Origin: Planctomycetota bacterium
GTDB taxonomy: Bacteria; Planctomycetota; GCA-002687715; DRQF01
Direction: 5' to 3'
Length of the DNA stretch: 10,741 nt
Assembly (NCBI GenBank): GCA_027001995.1
Contig: JALTLO010000062.1
Span: forward strand, 8,540-19,280
The stretch's first letter is position 1. Every line of letters starts with the position of its first letter. Positions 8,363 through 10,741 of this stretch are shown here, piece after piece. A model generated the notes under the pieces. The model did no database searches and had not been told where the DNA came from. It was given only the letters and a program-made list of their open reading frames with translations. A program made the translations under genes and the position numbers.

Positions 8363-9281
8363 ATGGCGACTCCTGAACAAGACAACGAACCGGAAAATGC
8401 CCTCGACGCAAGCGACCTACCCCGGTTAGCACGTATCCTGACCAAACTTCGTCGTCAGGTCGACTCGCAAGGCAAAGCTGCCATTGATCGAGTTCTTGCA
8501 GAACGCCGCCTTTTCTTATCCCCTTGCAAAGCCCCCACTCGATTTCGATTCAACGGCTTCGGAACAACAACTGTAGGTCGCTTCGATCAGGATCCGGAGG
8601 CCGGAACCTATATCACGACCTACGCCCTATCGGCCCTGTGGATTCCCATCATTCCCCTTAAGTAATATCTCGTTGCCGACGCTCCAGGAGGTGGCCAGTA
8701 TTTTCTCGGTCGGGTACCCAGTTCCAGGATTATCAAACTTTGGCGTCTTGTGGTGATCGTCCTGATCTTGGCATTTGTGGCTTTGATTGGTGTGGGGATC
8801 GTGGCGGATCAAAACGAGAGCGACCTCTGGATAGCGAATGGACTCCCGACCATCGTCCAAGTGACAATCGGTGAAGAAACGCGACAAATCGGACCGGGAC
8901 AACGAATCCAGTTGGCAGACTTTCCCAAGGGGGAATATGAGGTACTTGTCAAAAATGGGGAATCGTTAGTCGACCAAGAAACAGTCACGATTCCAGCTTG
9001 GTTGTACTCGCAGGCGAATTCATCACAGCCAACCAGCAGAAACTGCCAAACGCTGTTTAGATCTCATAGAGCACAACGGCGACATCGTTCGCCAACTCCT
9101 CCTCGGTAACAAAACGAGTGCCTTTCGACTGAACCTGTCGACGCCGGTGCGGGCCGCAGTTCTTGTGGTGGAAGCCCGTCGTCTCCCCGCCGGAGCAAAT
9201 AGAAAAGCCTCACTGAAGAAAGCCAGCGCGCTAGAGATCGTCCCAGGATTCGCCACCTTTGCGGCCAAGAATTGGCAGTGA
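8363..9281 (+). pseudogene. Disrupted gene for a membrane-anchored hypothetical protein (in-frame TAA, then frameshift and probable internal deletion)
   Basis: ORFs 8270/8363..8665 and 8750..9109 are in the same frame and separated only by TAA 8663-8665. Read-through gives continuous protein-like text: ...ALWIPIIPLK*YLVADAPGGGQYFLGRVPSSRIIKLWRLVVIVLILAFVALIGVGIV (a transmembrane helix). After 'TVTIPA' (about 8998) this frame degrades. A different frame (open 8970-9281, no ATG) encodes a helical, C-terminus-like segment 'LDLIEHNGDIVRQLLLG...RAAVLVVEARRLPAGANRKASLKKASALEIVPGFATFAAKNWQ*'. Confidence 0.7.
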
Positions 9282-9383
9282 TTTGAACTGAAGAGATCAC
9301 GCGGGCGAATTCGACATTTCAAGAGCCCCCCGTTGCTGGATTCGTCTTTCTCTTTCTTGATCTTTCGGCACTTGGAAATGCCC

Positions 9384-9417
9384 AAATAAATCGGCGCCGC
9401 CCTTGAGGCAGCGCCGA
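9384..9417 (-). terminator. Rho-independent terminator of the beta-helix gene
   Basis: The minus-strand RNA reads UCGGCGCUGCC-UCAAG-GGCGGCGCCGA-UUUAUUU: an 11-bp GC-rich stem plus a U-rich tail, 9 nt after the TAG stop at 9427-9429. Confidence 0.85.
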
Positions 9418-9426
9418 CCTTGAAAA

Positions 9427-10741
9427 CTACTTCACTTCAAAGATGATGGCATTTGTTGGCACAAGGACCCCCGGGGATTCCTCGATGACTCCTTGGAGGG
9501 TGAGTAGAAGAGGAATGGGGATGGCAGGTCCTGGGCCGGAAGTCCAAGGGGTTGGTGTTGCCGGAAACAAAGGAGAGTAGAAACCAAGCTGCCCTAGGGT
9601 CGAAGCCATGGTGAAGAAACTTGGGTGCAAGTAGGGAATCATAGGGGCGGGGGCGAACATCATGTCGCCAATGCCCAAGGGGACGTTGATCACGGTGTCA
9701 AAATTGGCTTCTCCGAGTAGGCCGAAGATGCTGAAACTGAGAGGATTCGACAGATGAGCTGGTTGCTCCATCTCCAAAGAAACAGAACTCCCAATAGGAA
9801 CTTCGATTCTCCTCAAGACATCACCCTTACTGCCATTCATGGTCAAAACATCATAAGGCCCCCCAGCCATCACCCCCACACGCCCAGCGGCCGCCGGGTG
9901 ATGGGCCAAACTTTGAGCCTCATAAGCCCCCATATCCGCGATATTGTTGCGGACCCGCGGCAAACCTCGAACGTCAGTGGGCGATCGTGCGAAAACTGGA
10001 TTGACAGTTCCAGCATCAATCATGGGAGAACCAGGGGCCAAGCGATAATCACCATTCGCTTGATCAACAAATTGAGGCGGCACAGTCACCACTCCGAGTC
10101 CACTCACGTTCCCACCTTGGATATTGCTAAATTCGGCGGAAAAGCCAAGATTCGGCACATTGTTAGGAAAACGAATTGGAAATCCATAGGGCACGCCATT
10201 GGGTTTGACGTTGTCGGCAATGATACAATCGGCAACGAGAGTTGCGCCGCCCATCAAGAAAGGAGCAATGGTCGTCATGTTTCCAACGATCGTATTGTTA
10301 GTGAAAAGCATGCCAGTTCCGAAATTCTGGGCTGCAAATATGCCAATTGCCAAATAAGCTGAATTGTCTATGAAAGAACATGATTCGACTGGAGCATATG
10401 ATGCGGGCGACGATGATTGGGACACATACAACAAAGTGCCCGTGCAAACATTCTGAGCGAAACGACTTCTCGTGTAACTCATGGCACGACCATTCGCCTC
10501 TATGAGCCCCCGCCCCGTATTCTGCTGAAAAACACAATCGGACACTTCAATCGAGGAGCCAGAGAACGGCGAATCCCAATAGCACACAATGTGTTGAGTA
10601 TGTCGCGTAAATCCACAACGACGAATATTCACGACGTGCCAAGGTTGAGGCTGAAAAAAGGCGGCAGAACCCTGCCCCCATACGGCTCCCAGAGTGTTTT
10701 GATCAAAATCACAATCCTCCAAAGTCACGCCAGCAAATCGA
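9427..10741 (-). CDS. Secreted/surface protein with right-handed parallel beta-helix repeats, a choice-of-anchor-Q-like motif and an unassigned C-terminal domain; 5'-partial
   Basis: The frame is open to the window edge (RFAGVTLEDC...). Beta-helix turns: 'LEDCDFDQN', 'IRRCGFTRH', 'VSDCVFQQN', 'YTRSRFAQN', 'VESCSFIDN', 'FTNNTIVGN', 'VADCIIADN'. End-cap motif: 'SNIQGG...PQFVDQANGDYRLAPGSPMIDAG...DVRGLPRV....DMGAYE'. Confidence 0.85.
   Translation of the reverse strand, partial: RFAGVTLEDCDFDQNTLGAVWGQGSAAFFQPQPWHVVNIRRCGFTRHTQHIVCYWDSPFSGSSIEVSDCVFQQNTGRGLIEANGRAMSYTRSRFAQNVCTGTLLYVSQSSSPASYAPVESCSFIDNSAYLAIGIFAAQNFGTGMLFTNNTIVGNMTTIAPFLMGGATLVADCIIADNVKPNGVPYGFPIRFPNNVPNLGFSAEFSNIQGGNVSGLGVVTVPPQFVDQANGDYRLAPGSPMIDAGTVNPVFARSPTDVRGLPRVRNNIADMGAYEAQSLAHHPAAAGRVGVMAGGPYDVLTMNGSKGDVLRRIEVPIGSSVSLEMEQPAHLSNPLSFSIFGLLGEANFDTVINVPLGIGDMMFAPAPMIPYLHPSFFTMASTLGQLGFYSPLFPATPTPWTSGPGPAIPIPLLLTLQGVIEESPGVLVPTNAIIFEVK

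Noticed and set aside
8663..8665. Stop-codon reassignment or programmed read-through of TAA
   Set aside because: TAA terminates the SBBP and biotin-carrier genes normally, and TGA and TAG are also used as stops in this window. The same gene shows further damage, so pseudogenisation or a sequence error is simpler.
9023..9385. 120-aa minus-strand ORF (and the overlapping 9064..9300 ORF)
   Set aside because: It starts at TTG within the terminator tail, is Ser/Arg/Ala-rich, and reads as the antisense shadow of the plus-strand frame 8970-9281.
9754..10362. 202-aa plus-strand ORF antisense to the beta-helix gene
   Set aside because: It has a His/Arg/Ile-rich shadow composition, no recognisable motif, and lies fully inside a well-supported opposite-strand CDS.
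1..10741. CRISPR arrays, IS elements/transposases, tRNA/rRNA, riboswitches, defence systems
   Set aside because: By eye I found no regularly spaced DNA repeats, terminal inverted repeats, or recombinase/nuclease/RT motifs. The intergenic gaps are short and showed no RNA family I recognise. An Rfam scan (e.g. for a cobalamin riboswitch at 8104-8362) was not possible.

Overview
This is a gene-dense bacterial chromosomal window of moderate GC. The style of the secreted proteins suggests an uncultured Planctomycetota-like genome, which is inference only. From left to right it contains: the 3' part of a carboxymuconolactone-decarboxylase (CMD/AhpD-like) gene; a secreted seven-bladed SBBP beta-propeller protein with its own terminator; an L-2-hydroxyglutarate oxidase-like FAD oxidoreductase; a tightly coupled minus-strand operon (methylmalonyl-CoA epimerase, carboxyltransferase, biotin carboxylase, biotin carrier) that probably encodes a three-subunit propionyl-CoA carboxylase; a disrupted membrane-protein gene (in-frame TAA plus an apparent frameshift or deletion); and the 3' part of a secreted beta-helix/choice-of-anchor-Q protein with an unassigned C-terminal domain and a terminator. 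I saw no mobile element, CRISPR array, tRNA or rRNA, and no clearly new multi-gene system. The best leads are the unassigned C-terminal domain (a possible lineage-specific sorting or anchoring module), an epsilon-subunit-like tail fused to the biotin carboxylase, and the fragmented membrane-protein gene.
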